A stretch of 64,000 bases of DNA from Lytechinus pictus. Its lineage: Eukaryota. Both the position numbers and the translations under genes were made by a program. The notes under the pieces were generated by a model that was given only the letters and a program-made list of their open reading frames with translations, was not told the origin of the DNA and did not search any database. The stretch spans positions 26,352,001 to 26,416,000 of the forward strand of contig NC_087250.1 in assembly GCF_037042905.1 (NCBI RefSeq), in the 5' to 3' direction. This document shows positions 12,508 to 27,900 of this stretch, piece after piece. How positions within the stretch are numbered: position 1 is the stretch's first letter; each line of letters opens with the position of its first letter.

Positions 12508-15500
12508 TTGAGCTCTCTTCATGCTTGGACTTTATATGGATGAAAGCTTGTTAATCTTCATAGATAAGTATAATCTAAGTTATGCGCAAGACGAAGAAGG
12601 ATTTGTGAAGCGCTGACTTTATTTCTCAAAATCTTGGAAGGAATTAATTATAAAGGGCTTTGGGAATTCGGATTTTTGTATCGGAAGTTTGCATAAATCT
12701 TGAGGTGAATCGGGTTAACATGGCTTGTGCTTTCGCAACCGTCTACCCCCAAAGCCAACAGTAGATTGACAGGAAAGCTTATCTTTAAAATTATTTGATC
12801 CTGAAATAATACAAATTAGGATATATATCATAGCTGAAGGAACAATTATACTTCTTCATACTTTTTAAGGATTTTAAGTATTACATTTAATACGGTAAAA
12901 AAAATCATGGCCATTTTTTTCAGACTACTTGGAAGTTTTACTAAAATCTCAGATGTACAATTTCATGCTCGAGTGAACCCAGCACGCCTAACCACTTTTT
13001 GACGTTCTTCGAAACTCTCACTGAATTCTATCTTCATTTCGATGATGTACTTGTGAGGCTAATTATTGACCAATTAAAATTTTTATGATTTTGAAGCACG
13101 CGATTTGCTTTTTTAAACCCAATACACACGGTACGAGTCTCAATATTCTCCTTGTGCGTTTAATTGTTGGTTTTGGGGTGGTGGGTAAATCATGACGAGT
13201 GGGAGCTTATATACTGTATATGAGACTGTTGCCAAAAAAATATTGCAAGTCTTCTCGTAATGAGAGCCCTCATCTAAAACACGTTAGCGTCACAAATTTA
13301 GTCATTTTTTCAGATCCTCTTTTAACGGTTAGGAAAGCGTTTGGGACGGATCTGAATTGTTAGTCAGTCATTTATCGTCATGTGTATCAATGCATAACAA
13401 CACATAAATTCGATAACTTAGCTGGCAATTTATTTTATTCAGTCGAACTAAGCCCAATCTGCATTTAACACATGCAATCATACACCTCGATTTCCAACTC
13501 GTTTCCCCCTCTTGCATGTCTATATCTGTTTCTCTCACTTCCTTTAGTTGACCTCTCCTCCACCACCCCCCCCCCCCCTCTCTCTCTGTCTATACAACCC
13601 AGTCACCCAATAGTATGAGAGACAATTACTTTAAGATTAGACACTTGCCAAGAAATTCAACAGGTAAAGTAATAAATAAATATCTTGATATGAATGCTTG
13701 TTTACAAACGGATTGGAAAACATGTTTTGTATCTCTTGTCTAAAACGATATGTTCAATAATATTCGATATTTAAGACATATATTTCATCTTTATGGAACA
13801 AGAGTTTGTTCTTTACAACGAGAGGAAAATACACTAGCTCGATTACAATCCGATGATATTGTACAAACGTTTCCGCAACTTAGTAAATTCTGGAGTTACC
13901 CTTTTATGGGGTTCTCTGAAATAATTAGATAGACAGGTGGGGTGTTTTTATTGCTTGTTTATGTATTTATTTGAATTCTAAGAGCATGGAGCTGTGAAAG
14001 TATGATATCGATAACCCATGGTTTAAAAATATTAGTTCATTAAGAAAATAAATGTTTACCATGTTTACATGCATGCCATATGTATATTACTATTACAAAA
14101 GGCATATGGATAATTGTGCAATTCCATCTAATATTACGAACCATTTTACTTCAATTTGCCTGGAGCTAACAGGATAAGTGATGTTAAATCAGACATAAAT
14201 TTTGGAATACCCAATTGTTTACACAAAATGTACAAAATGATACATTCATATCTTTTGGACCAAATCTACCTTACAACAAAATTGGAGTCACATTCGAATA
14301 CTATCACAATAATGCATAAACATTAGTCTAAATATAAATGATACATCACGCCCCTCTATATACTAGAATATAGTGTTAAAGTGAAAACACTCAATGTGAA
14401 TGGATAGGCATAGTTCTTTGTATTGTTGGTTGGTTTGTTGGCTTTAGAGATGATGGCGCTATCCCATCGACGTGATCGATATCTACAGTGATATACGCCA
14501 GGCTACGTGATTTCACCCTCCCCTGTACAGCTCTCATCATTCGATTCTGCTATTTAATTGCACTCTGTGTTATAGATAAATTCACCTGGAAAAGGCGTAG
14601 TGCAATACTTAAATGATTCACCGTTTTCTTGTGATAACATTGGTTGTTAGTTTTGACAGGTAGTACTTGTATATGCCCTTTTCCCTTCATTGACCAGAGT
14701 GACAGTAATTTTGTTGTAATTATGTGCCTTTCGAATTCAAGCGCTCCTTACATAAATTATATTCTCCATATCTTCGATTGAACACCTGAGTAAAAAGGGC
14801 CAAAGTCTAAAAGAAGTCATTTCGAGAAAATCGGAAAAAAATGATATATTTTTTTTATTTGGGTAATTGAAGTATATGATTGGCCAAAAAAAATCAGAGA
14901 ACATCATTAAACAAATATAAGTGTATTTTCTATGAACATTAATATTCACGTTACTTGTGGGCGGGGGCCATTCTTATATTCATATACATGGTAGACTTCT
15001 GTAGCTAGTACAAGAAATGAGAGAGGGCGCTATGATATAAATGTAAGAAAAACCCAAGTCCTAGACTTGGGCTTTTCTTACACTCATACCAGATATTCCT
15101 ACTTTATTTAAGGCATTACTGAGATGATTTCAGATTTATCATTTAAACACAACATGAATCATTGTATAAGGAACAATTTCCCATATTAAAATCAATTTCG
15201 CAAAAAAATTGACTTGGGCCGTTTTATATTCAAATACTCAATTAAAAAGAAGAAAGAAGTACCTCCATGGAATCTCCAGAAATATATTTGTTTTATTTAC
15301 ATAATTACATATCATACTACAAGGTATGTATATGCATTACTAGTCCAATATATAGCTAGGCCTGAAAATAAATTCATATGACTACAAATTAATGTAAGTA
15401 GCCAGCCGGAGGCAGTAGCGTCAATTTAATGTAACGCGTTGACCGGCGGAATCACGTAATTAGTATGTACGTTATTACACGCAAATCACATAACCCGTTG

Positions 15501-15843
15501 TTTATTTAGGGCGGCTATTGTCGGGTACGCCCAAAAGGCGGCAAACACTCTCTTCCTTCTTAGCATTGACGAACTTCAAGTGTTTATTCTGATCAAGTTT
15601 ACTTTTTGGACCGGTGGCAGATACAAACTCTTTAACCCCCCCCCCAAAAAAAAAAAAAAAAAAAATATTCCCCAAGAATTGGGAGAAGGGAAACTCCCCC
15701 TTGAACATTGAGGCGGACACCCACCCCCCGTGATCGCCGCCTACGGCAGGGCGTGTGATAATCAATGTGTTAAGACGTTTTTTTATAGGCGTGATACTTC
15801 TATGGTTGCTAAAATGATATCATTGAGCTATGTTTTCCCCTTC

Positions 15844-15984
15844 CTAGATGGCATTCATGGCATCTGTTGTTGGTCCAGCATGTCCATTAATGGATTCGTT
15901 GTCTTGATCATTAACATGATCCAACTCATCTTTCTTGTTGTAGACCTCTCTCATTTCTTCCTGAACGACTGGTAATTTATCATC
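15844..15984 (-). CDS. SLC5 copy 1 terminal coding exon 15 (DDKLPVVQEE...DAMNAI*)
   Basis: cag acceptor, TAG stop at 15844-15846. Confidence 0.82.
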   Translation of the reverse strand, partial: DDKLPVVQEEMREVYNKKDELDHVNDQDNESINGHAGPTTDAMNAI

Positions 15985-18900
15985 CTGCGTATGGAAATAG
16001 AGATACCACATTCCTTTTAAATGGCAAAAGTGACACAGAGCATATGACTTCGTTAAGAGGAAGGGGAGACGCAGAAGTGACCATTTTATTCATGTAATTG
16101 CAGGATGTCGTCCCTAAGGTAACTTTATACAACACACACATATTATGTTAATATGGGTATCCTCAAAGGCGACCGCACACCTTACGATTGGTCTGCGACC
16201 CGATTTCAGAATAAAATGTAGTAGAATTTGATGTTAATATTGAGACTTGGAATATCTTACTGTGTAACGTTTTAAATCATTGTACGAATTCCTATGTTCA
16301 AATCTGTGACTATGCTATCATCCTTCTTTGAATAAAAGCGAGTTTAATATATAGTCGTAATGACGTCATAGCAGTCGTACGATTGGCTACGATTTGAAAC
16401 TAATTTGGCCTTTACTCCAAAATGAAGGCTTGCAATCTTACGAAATGGTCATATTAGTAGGCCCTATTCTTTCAATTAATTTAAACCTCAAATAAAATTA
16501 TATGGTCCATTCACAAAATCGGATCGCGAACAGTCGTAAGGTGTGCGGTGGCCTTAAGAGCAGATTCCATGAATGTGCGTCACGTGATATTCAGAGGAAT
16601 CAGCTGTAGCAAGCCAACACATCAACCATGCAGTAGACAGACTCGAGTTGAATAGTCAGCGATGCAGTAGATCCCAATCTCAATGGCGATACATGCCCAC
16701 ACGCCAACGTGAATATGCAGCCACCACATACATAAATCCCCCCTAACCTTCAAATCCACACAAGATATCAGCGTGAAGTTATACCCTTGTGCAAAAATAG
16801 TGCAAATGTAAAAAAAAATGAAGAACTGAAGAAAAAAATAAATCATACCTCTTCATAGTTGATCTCGTCAATACCACACCGCATGCGCCGTTTGAGACTT
16901 CCGGGGAAACAACAGAAGAGGGCGTCTGTCAAGTGATTCTTCAGGCGATTATCAATCAATTCAGGATCTTGGAAACCTTCCGACATGCCAAAGATTAAAA
17001 TAAGGTTAATTCAGTAAAATATATGAACATGTAGGTTTTGAGTAATCGGAAATTCATTTGCACGTGGTTTACCATGTGGGTGTCGTGGTCTAGTGGTTAC
17101 GACTCTTGTCTTTAAATGTGTTGGACGTGGGTTCGATTCCCAACCACGGCGTGCGTTCTTCAGCAGGGGCCGCGGAAACTTTTTTCCACACCGTTAAAAA
17201 AAACGTAAAAATGACCATATGATTTTGACTTTTTTGCATGGTCAGCCCCCCACTTTGAAAACCGTTCCGCGGCCCCTGTTCAGTAAGAAATTTATCCACA
17301 TTGTGCTGCAGTCAACCCAGGCGAGGTGAATGAGTATCCGATAGGAATAAATTCCTTGAATGCTTGATCGCCTGTTTGGCGGCTCTGCGACAGCCGTAGT
17401 AATCATGGTAATAATTATTATGATACCAAATGTAAAGCGCAGTAGCTTAATATAGTATCTGCACTTAATAAATGGTCCATATTATAATAAGTATCTTTAT
17501 TCTTCCTATTATTATTGTCTTTATTATTATTATTATTTCATTATTATTTTTACCTGTTAGATAACTGACGATCATTGATGTGATTATACACACAATGCTT
17601 CCGATAAGTCCATAGTAAAGAAATGAAATATGATACAAGTTGGTAATTGCTGGCCTGGAAATAGAGAGAGATAGAGAGAGAGAGGGATTGTCGAAAGAAT
17701 TATTGTTTATTGAATATTACAAACGCAATGGACTTAAGCATGTACTCCGCCTAAGATAATACATTCATGGAGGGATGAGAGAAGACTTACTTTTAAAGAA
17801 AACAAAAGTCCCCAGTCAACATGCTTAAAGATGCAAAAGGTGCTAAAGCGGGGAATTTCGTCGTTCATTGGACTAGGTTATAGTTTAACTCCCCCCCCCC
17901 CCCCACGTACAAAGATGTGTACACACACACACACAAACAGACAGTTCTCATACCGGAAATTACTAATGCATAACACATACAGTGACACCTGTCTTTAGTG
18001 ACCACCAGAGGAAAACACAAAATGAGGCCTTTATAGCAAGGTGGCTGATATAGACAGGTTCGTATACACACAATCTGCCTCCATAGAATCAGTTTTAGTG
18101 GTCACTATAGGCAGGTGGCCACTTCCACATGTTTGACTGTACATTAGTGAAAATTGCATTAAAAAACAAATGAGATGCATTAGTCACAACTCCTTTGGAA
18201 GACTTAAAAAAAACAGGAGTTAAAACTCGCCGTACTTACAATTCCTCAGAGATGGTTTCCTGGGTTGAGCCTGGGAGTGTTGCCGTAGTCCATTCTGTGG
18301 TTGGGATGGTGTAGGTCGTGTATGTGCCATTGGGTACTGGACAACCTTCAATCGATAAAGGCAGTTGCCCCCTTGATGAGGGGTATATGATTGATCCTAC
18401 CTTGATCCAGACCATGACAATGAAACTGGCTACGAACCCAGTAACAGCCCCCTGGAAATACGTAAAATAAGTAATGGTTCTTCTCTTAGTTCTTTTTAAA
18501 CCTGGTTATCGGTGGAGCATAGGATCAGTCATAATGGTTATAGTCGCGTGCATTTGAGTGTCCGAAAGTCCACGCACACAGCTTCAACACAGGGAACAAT
18601 CGTTTTCATGAACGTAATATTGCAGATATCCGGTTATGTCTTTATAACCGATAATAATCTCACACCAGATTGATAATAGTGTGAAATTTTTTATCCAATT
18701 CCATTAATTTGATGTAAATATTATTACAATTAATTCACTTTTTACGTCTCGCTGTTCATTTGAAAGTGTCAATGTTCACAACTCTTGCTATGGCAAACGG
18801 TCTGAAATCACCCATATTTTCGAGACGCTGGCACCTTTGTTTTCCCACTTGAATATCCCTAAGGGTAAAAAAGGTCGAGATTGATTGTTTAATACTTTAT

Positions 18901-21900
18901 GACTGGTATAATAGTTACATCTCATTTTTCTCCCAAACTTTGAGATCGAGCAGCCAGAACACGGCATATTTCTGTGTACAACGTCACGTGACTAACGTAT
19001 GATAGTTTCCGTTCCTATATAGACCCTTTTCATTTGAAACAATTAATACAGTCCAAATAAACTTAATTAACGCATTTAATGTTGAAAGTAACAATGTTAT
19101 TGTACTAATAAGCTTTGCCTATTGATATTAATAATATGGCTACAGTTTGAGGAAGCAAATATCAAGTCCGGAATTGATTTTGAGTTACAATAGGGTCTGC
19201 GTGAGTACACTATATACTGAAATTGAAGCTGAAACTGAAACTTTATTCTGTCGACCCCTTTCGGAGTATGAGAATATACACAGTTATACAAACATCAAAC
19301 ATTCATACATAGTATGCATACGTACATAAATACATACATAACAAAACGTGAATAAAAATAAAAAGCTATAACAACGTGGCAAAAAAAGATGAAGAAAGCC
19401 TTGAATGCAAAATATAATACTGTTCAACACATGAATAACAAAAAGAGATAGAAAAAGGATATAATAACAGATTAATATACAGGTATATACATTTGGTACT
19501 TATCTACGAAAATGTGTCATAATAATATTAACAAACTTGGCAAGCTTTGACAGTGTTTTGGGAATTTTAGGCTAGCATCGTCTGCTACGTAAACCAAATG
19601 AGCGAACATGACCGAAACTAACCATTATGAAGAAAAAAAAAACACGTGGCCCCTAAAAAATTAAAGGGGGTCAAATAAGATTAAATAACAACTTTAATTA
19701 CTCGTTCGATCCAAATAAAATGTCACTTGACATGCCCACGACCTATGAACAGAGCCTGCTGACATCAGGGGGGGGGGGTCATGAAAGGTGTCAGCAATGA
19801 CAAGTTGTCTTTCTCCGACCATAGCGAAAGTCAAAGCTTCTGAGCCAATCAAAACTGAGAATTTCACAAAAATTGTCAGCGATGACCTTTTAATCAGTGC
19901 CGAAGAGTTTCGTTTTTGGAGTACCAGTCAGTTGTTCTCAGCGCAACTCTATACAACTTGCAAGCTTTCGATTCTCATCGATCAATGTAAAAAAAAAAAA
20001 AAAAAAAAAAAACGGAGATGGTTGAAATGTTAAGGAATTACTAACTCTGGAACGGACGACAAAAGCTCCCACCAAAAGTAACTTCACAGCGCATCCTAAA
20101 AAGAGTTGTCGCTTTAATTTTTTATCACTTTGTATTGGCTAAAACAAGGAAGGGGAATCCCAAGAAAATAATTTATTGCAACAAAAAAATGTAGCTTATA
20201 CGAACCTTTGAATTACAACGATGTACGAATACAGCTAAGATAAAGACACCTAGGAACCCGCCAGAGATCACCCCGACCATGCTGACGGTAAACTGAAAAA
20301 AAACACACAGACACAAACAAATTCCATGCTTATGGCGGGCGTACGACGGATGTAAATAACTGAATTCGAGAAATTTTATGCGGCGGCCGCAATGTCGACA
20401 TACGGCGGATTCATTTTTTTTACAGGCCGTCGGGGTGGCAGAAAATTTATAACGCGGAGTTCTAACATTTCTTTTATATTTCTATGCAGTGGCGTACCGT
20501 GGGTCACAGCATTGGGGGGCACCAGCAAAAATGTTAAGTCACTTAGTGAGCGCGCGAAGCGCGCTCAGATGTCAGGTATACTGATAGAGACATTTTAAGG
20601 AAGCACTTGTAGTCATTTGTAATCATGAATAAAAAAAATACGCATCTCATCAATCAAATAATGCGAGCGCGAAGCGCGAGCTGAAAATTTTTTATATTCA
20701 GACCTAAAAAGGGACATTATAATCGACTTTGTAATCACGATACGTACCTGTCTCGCTAAACAATGCGAGCGCAAAGCGCGAGCCGAAATTTTTGTATACA
20801 TTGACCCCAAACAGGGCGATCTTAAGGACTATATTATAGGAATAATCCCTTAATAGTATACATATCTCACCGTAGTCATCTAATACCAATGCCAAGTGCT
20901 TGCTGATTTTGATAGAATTACATTTAAACATTTATGAAGCACTTGTACTCATTGTAATCATGAATAACATACGCATCTCACTAATCAAATATTGCGAGCG
21001 CGAAGCGCGAGCTGAAAATTTAGACCTGAAGAAGGGCATTCTATAGCTTGGTTGTAGGAATTCACTAAGACCATACGTATTTAACTAACCAAATGATGCG
21101 AGCGCGAAGCGCGAGCTTAAAATTTTTGATATTCAGATCAGAAAAAGGGACATTTTAAGGACTGATTTTAGGAATTCACGGAGAGCAGACATATCTCACC
21201 AATCCACTGATGCGAACGTAAATCACGGACAGGAAATATTTTATATTAAAGGAGAATGAAACCCTTGAAACCAGCTGAATCCATATAAAAGAGAAAAATC
21301 AAAGAAACATATTGTTGAAAGATTGAGGAAGATTGAATGAATAAACAGCAAGTTATGAGCATTTGAATATTGAGATCACTAATGCCATGTAGATCCTCCC
21401 ATTGGCAATGCGACCAAGATCTGTGATGTCACACACGTACAACTCCCTCATTACTTTAGTACTTATTTCACTTATATTCTCACTTTTATAGAGTCTATCA
21501 CAAGGTGAGGTGTTCTCTTTATGAGAGGACAAGTACAGAGGTTCACAACATTATATAATTGATTAATCGTTTGTCATATGATTAGAATGAGCAAAAAGAG
21601 ATGTTTTGAGGTATATTTTCAGTGTCCAAAACTGGACAACTCTCCCCTTTTGGACACTGAAAATGTACCCCAAAACATCTCTTTTTGCTCATTATAATCA
21701 TATGACAAACGATTCATCATTGGTATAATGTTGTGAAACCTCTGTACTTGTCCTCTCATAAAGAGAACACCTCACCTTGTGATAGACTCTATAAAAGTGA
21801 GAATATAAGTGAAATAATTACTAAAGTAATGAGGGAGTTGTACGTGTGTGACATCACAGATCTTGGTTGCATTGCCAATGGGAGGATCTACATGGCATTA

Positions 21901-24900
21901 GTGATCTCAATTTTTAAATGCTCATAACTTTCTTATTATTCATTCAATCTTCCTCAAACTTTCAACAATATGTTTCTTTGATTTTTCTCTTTGATATGGA
22001 TTCAGCTGGTTTCAAGGGTTTCATTCTCCTTTTAAGACCTTAACATGGGGCAATCACTTTAAGTAGTCATGAAAAAGAAGCATATGTCACTGCATAAAAC
22101 AATAATATATTTGGTTTATATTGACTTGAAACGGGAGTTTTTCGTACAACATGTTTATATATCTCTTTAAACGGACAATGCGAGCACCAGGAACAATGAC
22201 ATCATAGGCCCTGAGCAAATAAAGTTTCATAAAGTTAGGATAAAAAATTTTTCTATGTAACATAACATGATTATAATATAATATACCATTATAATTGATA
22301 ATAATTTCTTCTTTCCCACTACGGTTCCTCTTCCTTTCTCCCTCTTTTTCTCCTTTTCCCAGTTTTTTTTTTGTCAGCCGATTCGGGGGGGGGGGGGGGG
22401 CACGTGCCCCCCCCCCATGCCCCCCCCCCCCCCGTAGTTACGCCACTGTTTCTATGCTTGCCGTAGTAATTAGACCATCCGTAGCCATGGCGTAGAACAG
22501 ATCATGGTGGCAGTCCGTCGAGCGCACGGTGGCCATTCGGCTGCCCAGGGGAGTGTTTCATCAAGATTTTTGTCCGACAAGTCGTCAGATCTGACAACTT
22601 TCCTTGATTCTGATTGGCTGTGAGACAGTTTTACTATGGTAACTGTCGTATAAAATAAGATTTGTCGGATAAAACGTCTGACAAGTCCTTCATGAAACAG
22701 TCCCCTGGACTCGAATGGTTTCATGGATGAATCAGTGTGAATAGATTCGAATTACCCTAATCAAGTAAAATACATGAATATCATGTTTAGATATTCTCTA
22801 ACCCATTGGTAGGTGACTGTAAAACAGTACATCCATTTATTTTGTGCATTATAACTCCCTATGAAATCTTTTACTACAATTTCATTAGAAAATGGGGTAA
22901 AATAAACTTAAAATAAACATAAAAATCTCACTTCACTCTGAGTAGTCCACGTCCTGGACGATTGTTATTAGTGTGTTTTCGCCCAGCGTCGTACGACGCT
23001 ATCAACGACGTAGAACGATCTCTTGGTTCGTGCGTCCGTCGCGCTCAACTCTCGCTTGTAAGCAGTTTCGCAAATCGCTGATCGCGGCCGGATCGTTTTG
23101 AAGCTTTCAGCTATCAGTGCAGTGTAGTCAGAGTAGAGTACAACATGTGCATATGCACGCGATGGGCGAATGTTTACATCGGCTCAGCTTGCTCACTCTA
23201 CAAGCGATCTGATTGGCTGTTGACGGCTGTTGACAAATCCTACGTTCTAATGCGGACGCCCGCTAATTTGCGGAAGAACCGTCCGTGATTTGAGCTCAAG
23301 ATCGCTTGGGCCTCTGTTTCCATGGAAGTTGGCAATTTTTGCACACGACCCTTACGTTCTACGTCGTACGACGCTGGGCGAAAACCAGCTATTGATTGGG
23401 CAAACCCTATCGGACCGTACCCCGCGCGCACACATAACCAACACACACACGCCCTCCACTGATTCTAATACCCCCAGTGATTTACCTAACCCAGTGATTC
23501 ACCTTACCCACTGATTCACTTTCCCGACTATTCAGGGGGTGTGTGTACATGTATGCGTGTTATGTGGATGTAGTGTGTTATGTGTTTGGTAGTCGTATCG
23601 TACCAACTAACAACAGTCCATGAGGTGGACTTCTCTGAGAAGAGCTAGTGTGATTATGAAATTAGATTAGCTCTTTTGCATTTAGAGAGTACGTCGTAAA
23701 TTTAAAGGTGTGGCATATTGTGTACGGTTTGCAGCGTTTATTTACTTTATCACGTCACGGTACGCTATTACGTTTTGTGCACATTCGTAACCCCCCACCC
23801 TTTAATCAACGAAGTATTGGGTTATATAACCCAACTAATCGGTTAAATTCTACAAGCAAAATAAGTATCACAACCTAACGTTAACCAGATGAATGTAAAT
23901 TGGCATTGAGAACAGACTAACACCTTCGCACGAGTCGGTATATTAGACACGTTAGATTAGATCACGCATTTGTGTACGAAAGTACTCAAAACGTGATAGC
24001 ACACCATGATCTGAAAATGTGAGTAGGCCTAAACGTTGCAAGCCTATTAGTACTTTCTCCAAACCTGTAAGATTCCGGACTGCATGAAACTAATACAAAA
24101 TGAAAACCCAATCGCCAACATGCCGTACACAAGAGCTGTAATACAAAAGAGAAAAAATATGTATTTTAAAACTTTTTGTCTGGCTGTGCAAGAGTATTTA
24201 GCCAACAATTATTTAATGAGAAAGTCTTTACAATCAATGTTTAAATGCCAACATATTTTCCCCTCTAAACGAGGGATTTATTTTAAGGGCTGTTTAATTC
24301 CTGGTTAGAATAATATGCACAGTATATCACTAATGAAAAAAATTGGCACGATATTCATAAGGACAAGCAAATTTAATTTCTAATTGAGTTGGAAACTGCA
24401 TTACCAGTGGTATTCCTTTTTTGCGCCTTTAATATATATCATCTTTATTCGCCAAATAATATACATGTAACATATATGTGGCACTTCTAAAAAAAAAAAG
24501 AGAAAAAAAATTGTACACAATAAATCACAATTAATGAAATATAGGGAGAGAAGAAAGATTAAATTGAAGCTAAGAAATACATAGGAATTCAATCAACTGA
24601 CCCACTTCTTCCCTTGTTAACGTGTTGCAGATTCTTTCCTGATTTCTTACTGCTATCAGTTCTTTCAGAACATTCACATCCAGTTCTCTACAAGCCGGGA
24701 CATCACAGTCCTTACTCTTATTACATTTACTGAGAAAATATTGCACCTCATTTAAATTATCACAAAAAGTTGAAAAAGGGTTCCTTTTGGCATATTTCAA
24801 AACCATTCTTTTGAATCTCGCTCCAGTCTTCACAATTATGTTATTCAACTTTTGAAATCTATATCTTAAAGCATTCTCAAGAGGTTGACAATCAGACAGT

Positions 24901-27900
24901 AAAGCTACCAGATCACAATGAGTCATATTATTAATTCTCCAAAATTTTCTCAGAGCTTTCCTCCAACAGGTGCATTTGTTCAATACAGCTTTACTTCTTA
25001 ATTGCCACAAGCATGCTCCACAGAAACTACAACAATATTGTTTGAATTATAAACACTGCACTGATTATTTAATATGACCAAAATCAGATCTGAGAATATT
25101 GAAACTTTTCCAGAATTTAGCAGTAGCTGATGAAACCAAGCTATTCTTGTCAAAAGTTGAAATATGGTGACCTAAGTGAACCCCACTATTGATATTTGAC
25201 ACATTAGTATCATTAATAACAACAGAATATTCCCTTGAATTGTTGTCGCCACCAGTTGGAAAGACAAGAAATTGACTTTTAGATCCATTTAAAGTATTAT
25301 CAAAATCTGTGGCAAAGTTCTCACATATTTTTATCATGGTTTGTAAGCCTTTCTTTGTTGGTGACATAAGAGGTGATATCATCAGCATATGCTAAGTATC
25401 CCGCAAAATAATTACCAATTCTACAACCAATTATTCCCCAAATTGGCCTTTTTTGTATACAAAAATAAAGTTTACCTTTTCTGTTCATTACTTGTTTTCC
25501 TTTCTTTCTTTGCGCCCCCTTTTCCCTTTTTGCGCTCCCATGAAACTGGCGGGGCACGTGCCCCTCCCTAGATACGCCACTGCTCCTCACATAAGAAAAG
25601 TACTGTTTGTTCATATCACATTCAATAAAAGCGTGTACAACGTTGTCTTTAAACATGACAGTGCGGACAATATTTTTCGTCAGCAATACCCCCCCCCCCC
25701 CTATTTAAAAAGATTACTTCTAACGGGTACTAGTGAGTTGTATAAAAGTTTATTATTAAACTCTCGTAGTAAGCGAAGCTCACCTATGCATATCAAATTT
25801 CTTTTAAACACAGAAACCAGTAAATATCAGTCTGCAATATATTTTCAAACCAGATAAAAAAAGTTTACTACTAATTGCCACCATATTGATATATGTTTAG
25901 ATCTAGTACATTGAAATAAACTTAGCTTTGTGAAATCATGAAATCTTAGCTAAATACCAATAATTCTGATGATCACGAACACAAAAATGCATATGTGGGA
26001 CAGTGTATTATTAATATTTTTGTTTAGATTGTTCTTTGGGCCTGATGTTTCCATCATAAAATGATTAAAAGTGGCACATGACCGCCACGTAAAAAAAAAA
26101 TGATATAATTAAAAGTACAAGCTTTGATATCAAGCTAATTAAAAATGAATTAACACCTAAATATTTATATGTTGGTAGCTAAATGGTATGTGTTAGAGGG
26201 AGTGACTTCCACAGCCGAGGCGTCATTGGAATATATGAAGATTGATGAAGAGAAGTATTTGACTTTGGGACAATGACTCTGTAGGGGTGGGCAGCTTGGA
26301 AAATACCCGACATTTTATGGAATTCCGTGCCTTTTATTTCTGGGCAATTACATTTATTCTTACAATTAAACACTTCGGTAGTCATTTTATTGGATTCTGT
26401 TCGAAGTCATTTTGAGATCGTTACCACAATTTCCATTTATCTTTAACTGATGAAAACAAATATGAATATCCCATTTGCAATGCGGAATATAAATGTATAT
26501 ATACATGTATACATATATACATATGTATTTGTATACATATATAATATCCTCTTTTAGAGTAGTGCATTATGGGAAATGACAATCGTATGTACTCTACCTA
26601 ATATCTTGGCTACTCTGGCGTAGTTTCGCTCACTAATATTCGGCCATATTGCTTTCACGCCATCTTCTGCCGTGATAGCTGCTAGTGCATTTACTCCAGA
26701 CGATAGCGTGCTGCAGAAAGGGATAAGATCGAAATATTAAATGATTCATCTATGATTCATCTTTCTTCAATATTTATTTTTTGTCTTCAAAATTCTGATT
26801 TTTGTTAGTCCCTTGTTATCATCCTTCTACGGATAACGGGAGTAAAACAAGAACAATCTGAAATTAGACTATTCATTTTTGAAATATAGTTCCATTTTTT
26901 GTATACACAAGAAAATGTTTCAACTGGCGCAATTAATGGTCTCCGAAATAGTGCATTTTTTTTCGTGAGACGAAATGGTTGTCAGGTTGCTTCTCCCCTA
27001 ACCCTCAATCACTAATTGCCCGAGGGTTACAGGACATGGTATTATGAATAACCGTCAAAGAATACCGGTGCTATGAATTTCAAGAGTTTTTAATTTATCA
27101 TTTCATTCATCTTTTTGCTTTTTCTTTTCCTTTTTTTCCTTTAACTTGTTTTCTTTTCCCTTTTTTACGTTGAATGTAAAGTGCAAAATATCCTTGTCCT
27201 TTTATATACTTGTCCATTTTTATGCAAATAAAGAGAATTGAATTGTGTATCAGTTAGCCTACCTCAGAGATGCACTGACAACTGATGCTAGAAATACACC
27301 AGGCAATCCGGGAATTTCGGCAAACATCTCCATCACAAAGAGAGGCATTATCTAAAAAAAAAAATATATATATAACGAAATTCGATTCCGGAAAGTAGTT
27401 TATGGGGAAAATGAAATTTCAATATAAGAGGTGGCAATGAACCGAGATGCAGATCAGCTCTAAATGATAGGAACTGAACTTAGACCTACGGATAAAGATG
27501 TAAACAAGTGTATCCAGCGGGCATTTTATGTAACGATTTTTGTAAGTGTTAAGGAGATCTTACAGCTTTTTCACCAAAGAGAACCTATCTACCCGATAGT
27601 TTATATTAAGCATCATATACCTGGTCACGTGACGAGACGACCTTCGATTTCCATGGGTCGCAGTTTACGTAGTAGGCGTACATAACCAATCCAGAGAAGA
27701 TGCATAGGGAAAGTATTATCCCCTTTAAGAGGACCGCGAGGAACAAGGCCCTACAGACATGAAAAGAAAATTAAAATTATTTCGAAACAAGAAAACAGAT
27801 GTTGTTTTGTATGTTAACTATTTACTGTTTTGAGCTTATGCCTGGAAATAATTTCAACAATTTGTTTTTCTATTCGGCATTTATATTGCATAATATTTTA

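Noticed and set aside
20040..20097. Possible extra SLC5 exon on the minus strand
   Set aside because: Exons 11 and 12 already join in frame; the translation has no family similarity.
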